Source of the DNA: Rhodobacter capsulatus SB 1003
Lineage (GTDB): Bacteria; Pseudomonadota; Alphaproteobacteria; Rhodobacterales; Rhodobacteraceae
Reading direction: 5' to 3'
Assembly: GCF_000021865.1 (NCBI RefSeq)
Contig: NC_014034.1
Location: 780,001 to 812,000, forward strand
Length of the DNA stretch: 32,000 nt
Positions 11,159 to 23,468 of this stretch are shown here, piece by piece. Each line of letters begins with the position of its first letter. Position 1 is the stretch's first letter. A program made the translations under genes and the position numbers. A model generated the notes under the pieces. It was not told the origin of the DNA, ran no database searches, and worked only from the letters and a program-made list of their open reading frames with translations.

Positions 11159-11193
11159 TTTGTGATCACGCATTTGCGGGCCGTGATCACAAA
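11159..11193. promoter_or_regulatory. Two GTGATCAC-centred sites forming the inverted repeat TTTGTGATCAC-N13-GTGATCACAAA (candidate operator, suc promoter region)
   Basis: 11159-11169 and 11183-11193 are exact reverse complements. The site centres are 21 bp apart. The same motif occurs as a perfect 14-bp palindrome at 23469-23482. Confidence 0.5.
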
Positions 11194-11297
11194 GCCGATT
11201 TTTCTGCCCCGGCGCCCGCGAAACGCGCAGTTTTGGGTTTGTGGCCGGGGCGGAATATGCCAAACCACCCCAAACACATCAGCATGGGATCAATGCC

Positions 11298-12491
<1,194 letters not shown>

Positions 12492-12495
12492 GAAG

Positions 12496-13380
12496 ATGGC
12501 AGTCCTCGTCAACGAACACACCAAGGTCATCTGCCAGGGCTTCACCGGCTCGCAGGGCACCTTCCACAGCGAACAAGCCATCGCCTACGGCACGAAAATG
12601 GTCGGCGGCGTGACCCCGGGCAAGGGCGGCTCCGAACATCTGGGCCTGCCGGTCTTCAACTCGGTCCACGAGGCGAAACATGTCACCGGCGCCCATGCGA
12701 CGGCGATCTATGTGCCGCCGCCCTTTGCGGCGGATTCCATTCTGGAAGCCATCGACGCCGAGATGGAGCTGATCGTCTGCATCACCGAGGGCATCCCGGT
12801 GCTGGACATGATGCGGGTGAAACGCGCGCTCATTGACAGCAAGTCGCGGCTGATCGGGCCGAACTGCCCCGGCGTGATGACGCCCGACGCCTGCAAGATC
12901 GGCATCATGCCGGGCTCGATCTTCAAGCGCGGTTCGGTCGGCGTCGTGTCGCGCTCGGGCACGCTGACCTATGAGGCGGTGAAACAGACGACCGATGTCG
13001 GTCTGGGCCAATCCTCGGCCGTGGGGATCGGCGGCGATCCGATCAAGGGCACCGAACATATCGACGTGCTGGAAATGTTCCTCGCCGATCCGGAAACCAC
13101 CTCGATCATCATGATCGGCGAAATCGGCGGTTCGGCCGAGGAAGAAGCCGCCGAATTCCTGATGGCGGAAAAGAAAAAGGGCCGCTGGAAGCCGACCGCG
13201 GGCTTCATCGCCGGTCGCACCGCGCCCCCCGGCCGTCGCATGGGCCATGCCGGCGCCATCGTCTCGGGCGGCAAGGGCGATGCGGAAAGCAAGATCGAAG
13301 CGATGAAACGCGCGGGCATCGTGGTGGCGGACAGCCCCGCCCATCTGGGCGAAGCCGTGCTGAAAGCGATCAAGGGCTGA
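12496..13380 (+). CDS. sucD: Succinyl-CoA synthetase subunit alpha
   Basis: 294 aa with SRSGTLTYE and the phosphohistidine loop MGHAGAI. It starts 4 nt after the sucC stop. Confidence 0.96.
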   Translation: MAVLVNEHTKVICQGFTGSQGTFHSEQAIAYGTKMVGGVTPGKGGSEHLGLPVFNSVHEAKHVTGAHATAIYVPPPFAADSILEAIDAEMELIVCITEGIPVLDMMRVKRALIDSKSRLIGPNCPGVMTPDACKIGIMPGSIFKRGSVGVVSRSGTLTYEAVKQTTDVGLGQSSAVGIGGDPIKGTEHIDVLEMFLADPETTSIIMIGEIGGSAEEEAAEFLMAEKKKGRWKPTAGFIAGRTAPPGRRMGHAGAIVSGGKGDAESKIEAMKRAGIVVADSPAHLGEAVLKAIKG

Positions 13381-13495
13381 GCGCCCTTCGGGGCCGCGGC
13401 AGAGGAGGCCGCGGTCCCATTCCGGTTCCGGGGGTGTCGGGCCCCGCCTGTGACGCGTGCAACCAAGGGCCGAGAGGCCAGAACGGGAGGGTCGA

Positions 13496-13816
13496 ATGAA
13501 GCTCACACTGACCACGGGGGCGATAGCCCTTGCGGCTCTGGCGCTGGCGGGATGCGACGCGGGTCCGACAACGATCGATCCGCCCGCCCCGGGCCCGATC
13601 ACCACCACGCCGATCGTGACGACGCAAAAGGTGCCCGCGGGCATGACGCCCACCGGGGCGACCGGCTATGCGCTGGCGAATTCGGCGCGCACGAACGGCA
13701 CCATCCTTGACGGCACCGCAGCGCCCTGCGGGCCGGAAAACGCAGGCGGCAATTACGACATCGCCTGCGCCGAAGCCGCCGGACAGCCCGGCACCGCAAG
13801 CCCCTACCGCCGCTGA
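13496..13816 (+). CDS. Small predicted lipoprotein, unknown function
   Basis: 106 aa from MKLTLTTGAIALAALALAGC, a signal peptide plus L-A-G-C lipobox. GGGAGG RBS lies 7 nt upstream of the ATG at 13496. GC3-rich codons; the mature part is Pro/Thr/Gly-rich. Confidence 0.65.
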   Translation: MKLTLTTGAIALAALALAGCDAGPTTIDPPAPGPITTTPIVTTQKVPAGMTPTGATGYALANSARTNGTILDGTAAPCGPENAGGNYDIACAEAAGQPGTASPYRR

Positions 13817-13833
13817 CCTGCCCGAGGCAAAGA

Positions 13834-14202
13834 ATGCACCGTTCCGCATCGGCCCTTTTGGCCGCCCTTCTGATGCTGTCGCTCTCCGCCTGCATGGAGA
13901 CCGGACCCGACCTGCCCGCCGCCGCCGCCCCCGGCCTTGCCCCGCCGATCCCGGTCGACAACCGGGCCAAGGCCGATTTCGCGCGGATGACCGGCATCAA
14001 CAGCGACGCCGTCGCCGCGATCTCGGGCGATGCGACGCGTTCCTACGTCTATTTCGATCTGTTCGCGGCCAACAAGGCCGCGGTGACGGCCGCGCCGGAC
14101 CGGCTCTGCCGCTATTATGGCAAAAGCCTGAAAAGCTCGTATGTGACCGATCCCGGGGACCGCGTCCCCGGCATGAAGGCGCTGGTGGTGGCGTGCAACT
14201 AG
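13834..14202 (+). CDS. Small predicted lipoprotein, unknown function
   Basis: 122 aa: MHRSASALLAALLMLSLSAC is a signal peptide plus L-S-A-C lipobox. GC3-rich codons. It sits between sucD and sucA. Confidence 0.65.
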   Translation: MHRSASALLAALLMLSLSACMETGPDLPAAAAPGLAPPIPVDNRAKADFARMTGINSDAVAAISGDATRSYVYFDLFAANKAAVTAAPDRLCRYYGKSLKSSYVTDPGDRVPGMKALVVACN

Positions 14203-14444
14203 GCGCCAAAGCCTTGACATGAAAGGAAAGTCGATGCGTCCCCTCACGCTCGTTCCGATCCTCTTCCGGCCAATTGCCGCGGCCTGCCCGGCGGCGGCGT
14301 CGCTGCGGCTGCGCTGCGGCCCGGGGCCGGGCGCGCGTCGTCTTTCCGCCTGATCCGCTCTGGCGCGGCGGTGTCGCGCCGCCGGGCCCCCCGTTCCCTC
14401 CGGCCGCTTGGCCGTCCCGCAGCCGATCTCGCAAGGATCATCCC

Positions 14445-17414
<2,970 letters not shown>

Positions 17415-17415
17415 G

Positions 17416-18969
17416 ATGACCGAGATCCGCGTTCCCGGGCTTGGGGAAAGCGTCTCGGAGGCCACCGTCGCCACCTGGTTCGTGAAACCGGGCGAGATGG
17501 TCGTGGCCGATGCGATGCTTTGCGAGCTTGAAACAGACAAGGTGACGGTCGAAGTCCGCGCCCCCTCAGCGGGGGTGCTGAGCGAGATCGTCGCCAAGGA
17601 AGGCGAGACGGTGGCGGTGAACGCCCTGCTGGCCGTGCTTTTGTCCGCGGGCGCGATGCCGCCCGCGCAACCCAAATCCGAAGGCCCGGCAGCCCCTCAA
17701 ATCGCCGCGCCGACTGTTCAAGAGGTCAAGATGACGGATGTCATGGTCCCCGCGCTGGGCGAAAGCGTTGCCGAAGCCACTGTCTCCACCTGGTTCAAGA
17801 AGCCGGGCGATGCCGTCGCGCAGGACGAGATCCTGTGCGAGCTTGAAACCGACAAGGTCTCGGTCGAGGTTCCGGCCCCGGCGGCGGGCGTGCTGAGCGA
17901 GATCCTCGCCCCCGAGGGCGCCTCGGTCGCGGCGGGCGGTCGTCTGGCGATCCTGGCGGCGGGGTCTGCCGCGGCTCCAGCCCCGGCCGCTGCGGCGGCC
18001 GCCCCCGCGCCCGCCCCGGCGGCGCCCGCGAAGGATGTCGAACATGCCCCCGCGGCGAAAAAGGCGATGGCCGAAGCGGGTCTGACCCCCGATCAGGTCA
18101 CCGGCACCGGCCGCGATGGCCGGATCATGAAGGAGGACGTGGCCGCCGCCGCCGCTGCCCCGGCCGCCGCCCCGGCCCCTGCGGCCCCGGCGCCGGTCGC
18201 GACGGCGCAGGTCTCGATCGCGCCGCCGCCCGCCACCGTGCCGCGCGCCCCGGTCCCGGCCGAGGATGCGGCGCGCGAGGAACGGGTGAAGATGACCCGC
18301 CTGCGCGCCACCATCGCCCGCCGTCTGAAAGACGCGCAGAACACCGCCGCGATGCTGACCACCTACAACGAGGTGGACATGTCGGGCGTGATGGACCTGC
18401 GCAACGTCTACAAGGACCAGTTCGAAAAGAAACACGGGGTCAAGCTCGGCTTCATGGGCTTCTTCGTGAAGGCCTGCTGCCACGCGCTGAAGGAAATCCC
18501 CGAGGTGAACGCCGAGATCGACGGCGGCGACATCATCTACAAGAACTACGTCCATATGGGCGTGGCCGTGGGCACGCCCTCGGGCCTTGTGGTGCCGGTG
18601 GTGCGGGACGCCGATCAGAAGGGCTTCGCCCATATCGAGCGCGAAATCGCCGAACTGGGCAAGCGCGGCCGTGACGGCAAGCTGACGATGCAGGAGATGC
18701 AGGGCGGCAGCTTCACCATCTCGAACGGCGGCGTCTATGGCTCGCTGATGTCGAGCCCGATCCTGAACCCGCCGCAATCGGGCATCCTTGGCATGCACAA
18801 GATCCAGGACCGGCCGGTGGTGGTGAACGGCCAGATCGTGATCCGCCCGATGATGTATCTGGCGCTGAGCTACGACCACCGCATCGTCGACGGCAAGGGC
18901 GCGGTGACCTTCCTTGTCCGGGTGAAAGAAGCGCTGGAAGACCCGCGCCGCCTGCTGATGGATCTCTGA
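17416..18969 (+). CDS. sucB: Dihydrolipoyllysine-residue succinyltransferase (E2o) with two tandem lipoyl domains
   Basis: 517 aa. The ATG lies 1 nt after the sucA stop. There are two CELETDKV lipoyl-lysine motifs, then Ala/Pro linkers, a PSBD ([14 protein letters not shown]) and a catalytic domain with DHRIVDG. Confidence 0.95.
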   Translation: MTEIRVPGLGESVSEATVATWFVKPGEMVVADAMLCELETDKVTVEVRAPSAGVLSEIVAKEGETVAVNALLAVLLSAGAMPPAQPKSEGPAAPQIAAPTVQEVKMTDVMVPALGESVAEATVSTWFKKPGDAVAQDEILCELETDKVSVEVPAPAAGVLSEILAPEGASVAAGGRLAILAAGSAAAPAPAAAAAAPAPAPAAPAKDVEHAPAAKKAMAEAGLTPDQVTGTGRDGRIMKEDVAAAAAAPAAAPAPAAPAPVATAQVSIAPPPATVPRAPVPAEDAAREERVKMTRLRATIARRLKDAQNTAAMLTTYNEVDMSGVMDLRNVYKDQFEKKHGVKLGFMGFFVKACCHALKEIPEVNAEIDGGDIIYKNYVHMGVAVGTPSGLVVPVVRDADQKGFAHIEREIAELGKRGRDGKLTMQEMQGGSFTISNGGVYGSLMSSPILNPPQSGILGMHKIQDRPVVVNGQIVIRPMMYLALSYDHRIVDGKGAVTFLVRVKEALEDPRRLLMDL

Positions 18970-18985
18970 TCCTTCCCGATGCCGC

Positions 18986-19007
18986 AGGGGGCGGCGATCC
19001 GCCCCCT
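18986..19007 (+). other. Intercistronic GC hairpin between sucB and lpdA
   Basis: AGGGGGCGG-cgat-CCGCCCCCT, a 9-bp stem with no real T-tract. This suggests an attenuator or mRNA stabiliser rather than a full terminator. Confidence 0.45.
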
Positions 19008-19020
19008 TCCTGCAAACCGC

Positions 19021-19074
19021 TCCCCTTTCATCTTGCTGAAAATATCCCGGGGGGCCCGGGGGGCAGCGCCCCCC
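19021..19074 (-). repeat. REP-like intergenic element, copy B (inverted relative to copy A)
   Basis: The reverse complement reads GGGGGGCGCTGCCCCCCGGGCCCCCCGGGATATTTTCAGCAAGATGAAAGGGGA, which aligns with 8011-8062. Confidence 0.6.
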
Positions 19075-19096
19075 GCCATTCGTCAGGGGAATGACC

Positions 19097-20485
19097 ATGG
19101 CAGAATTCGACGTCATCATCATCGGCGGCGGCCCGGGCGGCTATGTCTGTGCCATCCGCTGCGCGCAACTGGGGCTCAAGACCGCCTGCGTCGAGGGACG
19201 CGGGGCTTTGGGCGGCACCTGTCTCAACGTGGGCTGCATCCCGTCCAAGGCGCTGCTGCATGCCACGCATGAGCTGCACGAAGTGCACGAGAACTTCGAG
19301 AAAATGGGCCTGATGGGCGCCAAGGTGAAGGTCGACTGGGCGAAGATGCAGTCCTACAAGCAGGACGTGATCGACGGCAACACCAAGGGCATCGAGTTTT
19401 TGTTCAAGAAAAACAAGGTGACCTATCTGCGCGGCTGGGGCTCGATCCCGGCGCCGGGTCAGGTGAAGGTCGGCGACGAGGTCCATACGGCGAAGAACAT
19501 CGTCATTGCCACCGGCTCGGAATCTTCGGGCCTGCCGGGCATCGAGATTGACGAGCAGACGGTGGTGACCTCGACCGGGGCGCTGTCGCTCGCCAAGGTG
19601 CCGAAATCGATGGTGGTGATCGGTGCGGGCGTGATCGGGCTGGAGCTTGGCTCGGTCTATGCGCGGCTCGGTGCCGAAGTGACGGTGGTCGAATATCTCG
19701 ATGCGATCACGCCCGGCATGGATGCCGAGGTGGCCAAGGGGCTGCAGCGCATCCTGACTCGTCAGGGGCTGAAATTCGTGCTGGGTGCCGCGGTGCAGGG
19801 CGTCGACAAGGCCAAGGGCAAGAACACCGTGCGCTACACCCTGCGCAAGGACGAGAGCGCCCATGCGATCGAGGCCGAGGTGGTGCTGGTCGCCACCGGC
19901 CGCAAGCCCTTCACCAAGGGGCTGGGGCTCGAGGCGCTGGGCGTCGAGATGCTGCCGCGCGGGCAGGTCAAGGCCGACAGCCATTGGGCGACGAATGTGC
20001 CCGGCCTCTATGCGATCGGCGATGCGATCGTGGGTCCGATGCTCGCCCACAAGGCCGAGGATGAGGGGATGGCCGTGGCCGAGGTGATCGCGGGCAAGCA
20101 TGGCCATGTGAATTACGACGTCATCCCCGGGGTGATCTACACCACGCCCGAGGTGGCGGCCGTCGGCAAGACCGAGGATGCGCTGAAACAGGAAGGCCGG
20201 GCCTACAAGGTCGGCAAATTCTCCTTCATGGGCAACGGCCGGGCGAAAGCCGTGTTCCAGGCCGAGGGCTTCGTGAAGATCCTGGCCGATGCGGCGACGG
20301 ACCGGATTCTGGGCGCCCATATCATCGGCCCTTCGGCGGGCGACATGATCCATGAAATCTGCGTGGCGATGGAATTCGGCGCCTCGGCGCAGGATCTGGC
20401 GCTGACCTGCCATGCGCATCCGACCTATTCGGAAGCCGTGCGCGAGGCCGCGCTGGCCTGTGGCGACGGCGCGATCCACGCCTGA
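19097..20485 (+). CDS. lpdA: Dihydrolipoyl dehydrogenase (E3)
   Basis: It has the [20 protein letters not shown] motif, the redox-active [13 protein letters not shown] motif and a C-terminal HAHPTYSE. The ATG at 19097 has AGGGGA 6 nt upstream; the ATG at 19091 is an alternative start. Confidence 0.95.
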   Translation: MAEFDVIIIGGGPGGYVCAIRCAQLGLKTACVEGRGALGGTCLNVGCIPSKALLHATHELHEVHENFEKMGLMGAKVKVDWAKMQSYKQDVIDGNTKGIEFLFKKNKVTYLRGWGSIPAPGQVKVGDEVHTAKNIVIATGSESSGLPGIEIDEQTVVTSTGALSLAKVPKSMVVIGAGVIGLELGSVYARLGAEVTVVEYLDAITPGMDAEVAKGLQRILTRQGLKFVLGAAVQGVDKAKGKNTVRYTLRKDESAHAIEAEVVLVATGRKPFTKGLGLEALGVEMLPRGQVKADSHWATNVPGLYAIGDAIVGPMLAHKAEDEGMAVAEVIAGKHGHVNYDVIPGVIYTTPEVAAVGKTEDALKQEGRAYKVGKFSFMGNGRAKAVFQAEGFVKILADAATDRILGAHIIGPSAGDMIHEICVAMEFGASAQDLALTCHAHPTYSEAVREAALACGDGAIHA

Positions 20486-20492
20486 AACCGAC

Positions 20493-20522
20493 CGGCCCCG
20501 GCTTCGGCCGGGGCCGCTTTCT
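20493..20522 (+). terminator. Terminator of the suc-lpd operon
   Basis: CGGCCCCGGC-ttcg-GCCGGGGCCG, a 10-bp stem with a UUCG tetraloop, followed by CTTTCT. Confidence 0.7.
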
Positions 20523-20620
20523 GACCGCCAAAGCCAAATCTCTGCACTGCGGCAAATCTGGTCTTGCTGAATCTGTCCGGCTTGTGCTTCATCGCGCAAG
20601 ATTGTTGCGAGGAGAGAATC

Positions 20621-21487
20621 ATGACCGCTGCCCGCCCCACCCGTTCGGTGCTTTACATCCCCGGCTCCAAGGAACGGGCGCTGGAAAAGGCGACGGGTCT
20701 TGCCTGCGACGCGATCATCTTCGATCTGGAAGATGCGGTGGCGGTCGATGAAAAGGTCAATGCCCGGGCCATCCTGATCAAGGCGCTGCGCGAGGCCGAT
20801 TTCGGCGCGCGGATGCGGATCGTGCGGATCAACGGGCTGGACAGCGACTGGGGCCGCGAGGATGCGCTGGCGATGGCGGCGGCGCTGAAGGACGGCGTGA
20901 AGATCGACGCCGTTCTGATCCCCAAGGTCAGCACGAAATCCGATCTGGATGCGGTGGCGAACCTGATCCCCGCCGTGCCGCTTTGGGCGATGATGGAAAC
21001 CGCGCTGGGCATGCTGAACGCCGCCGACATCGCGGCGCATCCGCGGCTTGAAGGCATGGTGATGGGCACCAACGATCTGGCCAAGGAGTTGCAATGCCGC
21101 TTCCGCGCCGATCGCCTGCCGCTGCAGACCGGGCTCGGCCTCTGCCTGCTCGCCGCCAAGGCCTTTGGCAAGATCATCGTCGACGGCGTCTACAATGCCT
21201 TCAAGGATGACGCGGGGCTGAAGGCCGAATGTGATCAGGGCCGCGACATGGGCTTTGACGGCAAGACGCTGATCCACCCGGCGCAGCTTGACATCGCCAA
21301 TGCCGCCTTTGCCCCCTCCGAGGCCGAGATCGATCTCGCCCGGCGCCAGATCGCCGCCTTTGACGCGGCGCAAGCCGAGGGCCAGGGGGTTGCGGTTGTG
21401 GATGGAAAGATCGTCGAAAACCTGCATATCGTGACGGCGCGGCAGGTCCTTGCGAAAGCGGAGGCGATTGCCGCACTCGCAAGTTGA
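20621..21487 (+). CDS. mcl2: CitE/HpcH-family acyl-CoA lyase-like protein, probably (3S)-malyl-CoA thioesterase (Mcl2 type)
   Basis: 288 aa with SVLYIPG...DAIIFDLEDAV and a later TLIHPAQ block typical of citrate lyase beta-like proteins. Its size and its linkage to an mch-like gene match the Rhodobacter sphaeroides mcl2-mch neighbourhood as I recall it. GGAGAG RBS precedes the ATG at 20621. Confidence 0.65.
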   Translation: MTAARPTRSVLYIPGSKERALEKATGLACDAIIFDLEDAVAVDEKVNARAILIKALREADFGARMRIVRINGLDSDWGREDALAMAAALKDGVKIDAVLIPKVSTKSDLDAVANLIPAVPLWAMMETALGMLNAADIAAHPRLEGMVMGTNDLAKELQCRFRADRLPLQTGLGLCLLAAKAFGKIIVDGVYNAFKDDAGLKAECDQGRDMGFDGKTLIHPAQLDIANAAFAPSEAEIDLARRQIAAFDAAQAEGQGVAVVDGKIVENLHIVTARQVLAKAEAIAALAS

Positions 21488-21497
21488 GAGGCAAGCC

Positions 21498-22064
21498 ATG
21501 TCATTGATGATCCTCGGCATCCTGCTTTGGGTGCTGCCCCATTCCTTCAAGCGCCTGGCGCCGCACCGGCATCTGATGCTGCTGCCGCAGATCAAGGCGA
21601 TCGACGCGGCGCTGATCCTGATCGGCACCGCGCTGATGGTGATCGGTTACCGCTCGGTCGAGGTGACGCCCGACGACAACCTTTACACGCCCCTGCCGGG
21701 GATCGGCCATCTGAACAACCTGCTGATGCTGGTGGCCATCTATCTCTTCGGTGTCAGCGGATCGCGCTCGATCCTGATCGACAAGATGCGCCATCCGATG
21801 CTGACCGGCATGCTTTTGTGGGCGGTCTCGCATCTGCTGGTGAATGGCGATTATGTCTCGGTGATCCTGTTCGGGTCGCTGGGGGTCTGGGCCGTGACCG
21901 AGATGGTGCTGATCAACCTCGCCGGTCCGTGGAAGCGGCCGAAACCGGGCTCGCTGATGGGCGACCTGAAGAACCTGATCGGCACGCTGCTGTTCTATGG
22001 CATCATCGTCTGGCTGCACGGGCTGATCCTGGGGCACAGCCTGTTTCTGGGGACCTATCCATGA
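21498..22064 (+). CDS. NnrU-family integral membrane protein
   Basis: 188 aa from MSLMILGILLWVLPHSFKR, with 5-6 TM helices and an MRHPMLTGMLLWAVSHLLVNGD block typical of NnrU/DUF2306-like proteins. Confidence 0.65.
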   Translation: MSLMILGILLWVLPHSFKRLAPHRHLMLLPQIKAIDAALILIGTALMVIGYRSVEVTPDDNLYTPLPGIGHLNNLLMLVAIYLFGVSGSRSILIDKMRHPMLTGMLLWAVSHLLVNGDYVSVILFGSLGVWAVTEMVLINLAGPWKRPKPGSLMGDLKNLIGTLLFYGIIVWLHGLILGHSLFLGTYP

Positions 22065-22264
22065 AGCTTTACCGCCTTCTGACCGAGGATGACACCTCGG
22101 CCTTCTGTCACAAGGTGTCGATGGCGCTGTCGAAGGGCTGGGAGCTTCACGGCGATCCCGCCTATGGCTTCGACGCGACGCGCGGCGTGATGCGCTGCGC
22201 GCAGGCGGTGGTGAAGGATGTGCCGGGCGAATATCACCCCGATCTGAAACTGGGAGAGCAGTAA
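22061..22264 (+). CDS. DUF1737-like small protein
   Basis: 67 aa: MKLYRLLTEDDTSAFCHKVSMALSKGWELHGDPAYGFD. Its ATG overlaps the NnrU-like stop codon (ATGA). GC3-rich. Confidence 0.6.
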   Translation: MKLYRLLTEDDTSAFCHKVSMALSKGWELHGDPAYGFDATRGVMRCAQAVVKDVPGEYHPDLKLGEQ

Positions 22265-22265
22265 G

Positions 22266-23303
22266 ATGGCGACGAAGACGAATCCGGGCCGTTTCTTCGA
22301 GGATTACGCGGTGGGGCAGGTGATCGGGCATGCCGTGCCCCGCACCGTGGCCGAGGGGGAACGGGCGCTTTACCACGCGCTTTATCCGGCCCGGCATGCG
22401 CTCTATTCCAGCGACGTCTTCGCCGCCACTTGCGGGCTCGATGGCTCGCCGCTTGATGATCTTCTGGCCTTCCACACCGTCTTCGGCAAGACCGTTCCCG
22501 ATGTCTCGCTGAATGCGGTGGCGAACCTCGGCTATGCCGAGGGGCGCTGGCTGCTTCCGGTCTATCCGGGGGATACCTTGCGTTCGGTGTCCGAGGTGAT
22601 CGGGATCAAGGAAAACTCGAACGGCAAGTCGGGCAATGTCTATGTCCGCACCCAGGGCCTCAACCAGAATGACGAGGTGGTGCTCGATTATGTCCGCTGG
22701 GTGATGGTGCGCAAACGCGACGCCGCCAGCCCCGCGCCCGAAGCCGTGCTGCCCGAGCTGCGCAAGGTCGTTCCGGCTGAGGATCTGGTGATCCCCGAGG
22801 GGCTGAGCTTTGAAGATTACGACTTCACCCTGGCCGGAGAGCCGCATCGGCTTGCGGACTATGAGATCGGCGAAAAGATCGATCACGTCGACGGCGTGAC
22901 GATCGAGGAAGCCGAGCACATGCTGGCCACCCGGCTGTGGCAGAACACCGCCAAGGTGCATTTCGACGCCACCTTCCGCGAGGATGGCAAGCGGCTGATC
23001 TATGGCGGTCACGTCATCTCGATGGCCCGGGCCTTGTCGTTCAACGGTCTGGCGAATGCGCAGATGATCGTGGCGCTGAACGGCGGCGCCCATGCCAACC
23101 CCTGTTTTGCGGGCGATACCGTCAAGGCCTGGTCCGAGGTTCTGGACAAGGCCGAAACCGGGGCCCCGGGCGTCGGCGCGATCCGGCTGCGGCTGGTCGC
23201 GGTGAAACAGGGCGCGGCGCCCTTTGCGCTGAAAGGCGCGGACGGGAAATACCTGCCCGAGGTGCTTCTGGATCTCGATTACTGGGCGCTGATGCCTTTG
23301 TGA
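22266..23303 (+). CDS. mch: MaoC-like double-hotdog hydratase, probably mesaconyl-CoA hydratase
   Basis: 345 aa. The ATG lies 1 nt after the DUF1737 stop. Size and two-domain MaoC layout fit Mch of the ethylmalonyl-CoA pathway. Confidence 0.7.
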   Translation: MATKTNPGRFFEDYAVGQVIGHAVPRTVAEGERALYHALYPARHALYSSDVFAATCGLDGSPLDDLLAFHTVFGKTVPDVSLNAVANLGYAEGRWLLPVYPGDTLRSVSEVIGIKENSNGKSGNVYVRTQGLNQNDEVVLDYVRWVMVRKRDAASPAPEAVLPELRKVVPAEDLVIPEGLSFEDYDFTLAGEPHRLADYEIGEKIDHVDGVTIEEAEHMLATRLWQNTAKVHFDATFREDGKRLIYGGHVISMARALSFNGLANAQMIVALNGGAHANPCFAGDTVKAWSEVLDKAETGAPGVGAIRLRLVAVKQGAAPFALKGADGKYLPEVLLDLDYWALMPL

Positions 23304-23310
23304 TCGCAAA
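23297..23310. promoter_or_regulatory. One-mismatch copy of the TTTGTGATCACAAA motif overlapping the mch stop codon
   Basis: TTTGTGATCGCAAA read directly. The mch stop TGA is at 23301-23303. Confidence 0.3.
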
Positions 23311-23337
23311 TCCGGCCGCGGGCGGCCGAGTCGGCGC

Positions 23338-23380
23338 GGGAGGGGCGGAAACCGGCGGCGGTTTCCGCCCCTTCCGTTTG
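23338..23380 (+). terminator. Strong terminator after mch
   Basis: AGGGGCGGAAACCG-gcgg-CGGTTTCCGCCCCT, a 14-bp perfect stem extendable to about 17 bp, followed by TCCGTTTG. Confidence 0.75.
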
Positions 23381-23468
23381 GCGCGCAGGCCGCGGGCCGC
23401 AGGCGGCCTTGCCCGGGACGAAAAGCGGCATCCGAATGTTACCGGACGACATTTGCGCATTGTCCGAT

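Noticed and set aside
11159-11193. Interpreting TGTGATCACA as a CRP site or TTTGT-N4-ACAAA as an FNR site
   Set aside because: CRP needs TGTGA-N6-TCACA, but here the spacing is N0. The FNR arms are TTGAT/ATCAA. The geometry and arms do not fit either family.
14234-14353. 39-codon ORF in the sucA leader
   Set aside because: The Arg/Pro/Ala-rich product looks like GC noise, and I have no means to check conservation. It is mentioned only within the low-interest spacer finding.
19028-21628. 866-aa minus-strand ORF over lpdA and the mcl2-like gene
   Set aside because: It is antisense to two well-supported genes and crosses a terminator. The composition is Arg/Gly/Asp-rich noise.
21501-23309. 602-aa minus-strand ORF over NnrU-like, DUF1737 and mch
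   Set aside because: It is an antisense GC artefact. The plus-strand genes have RBSs, coupling overlaps and family-like sequences.
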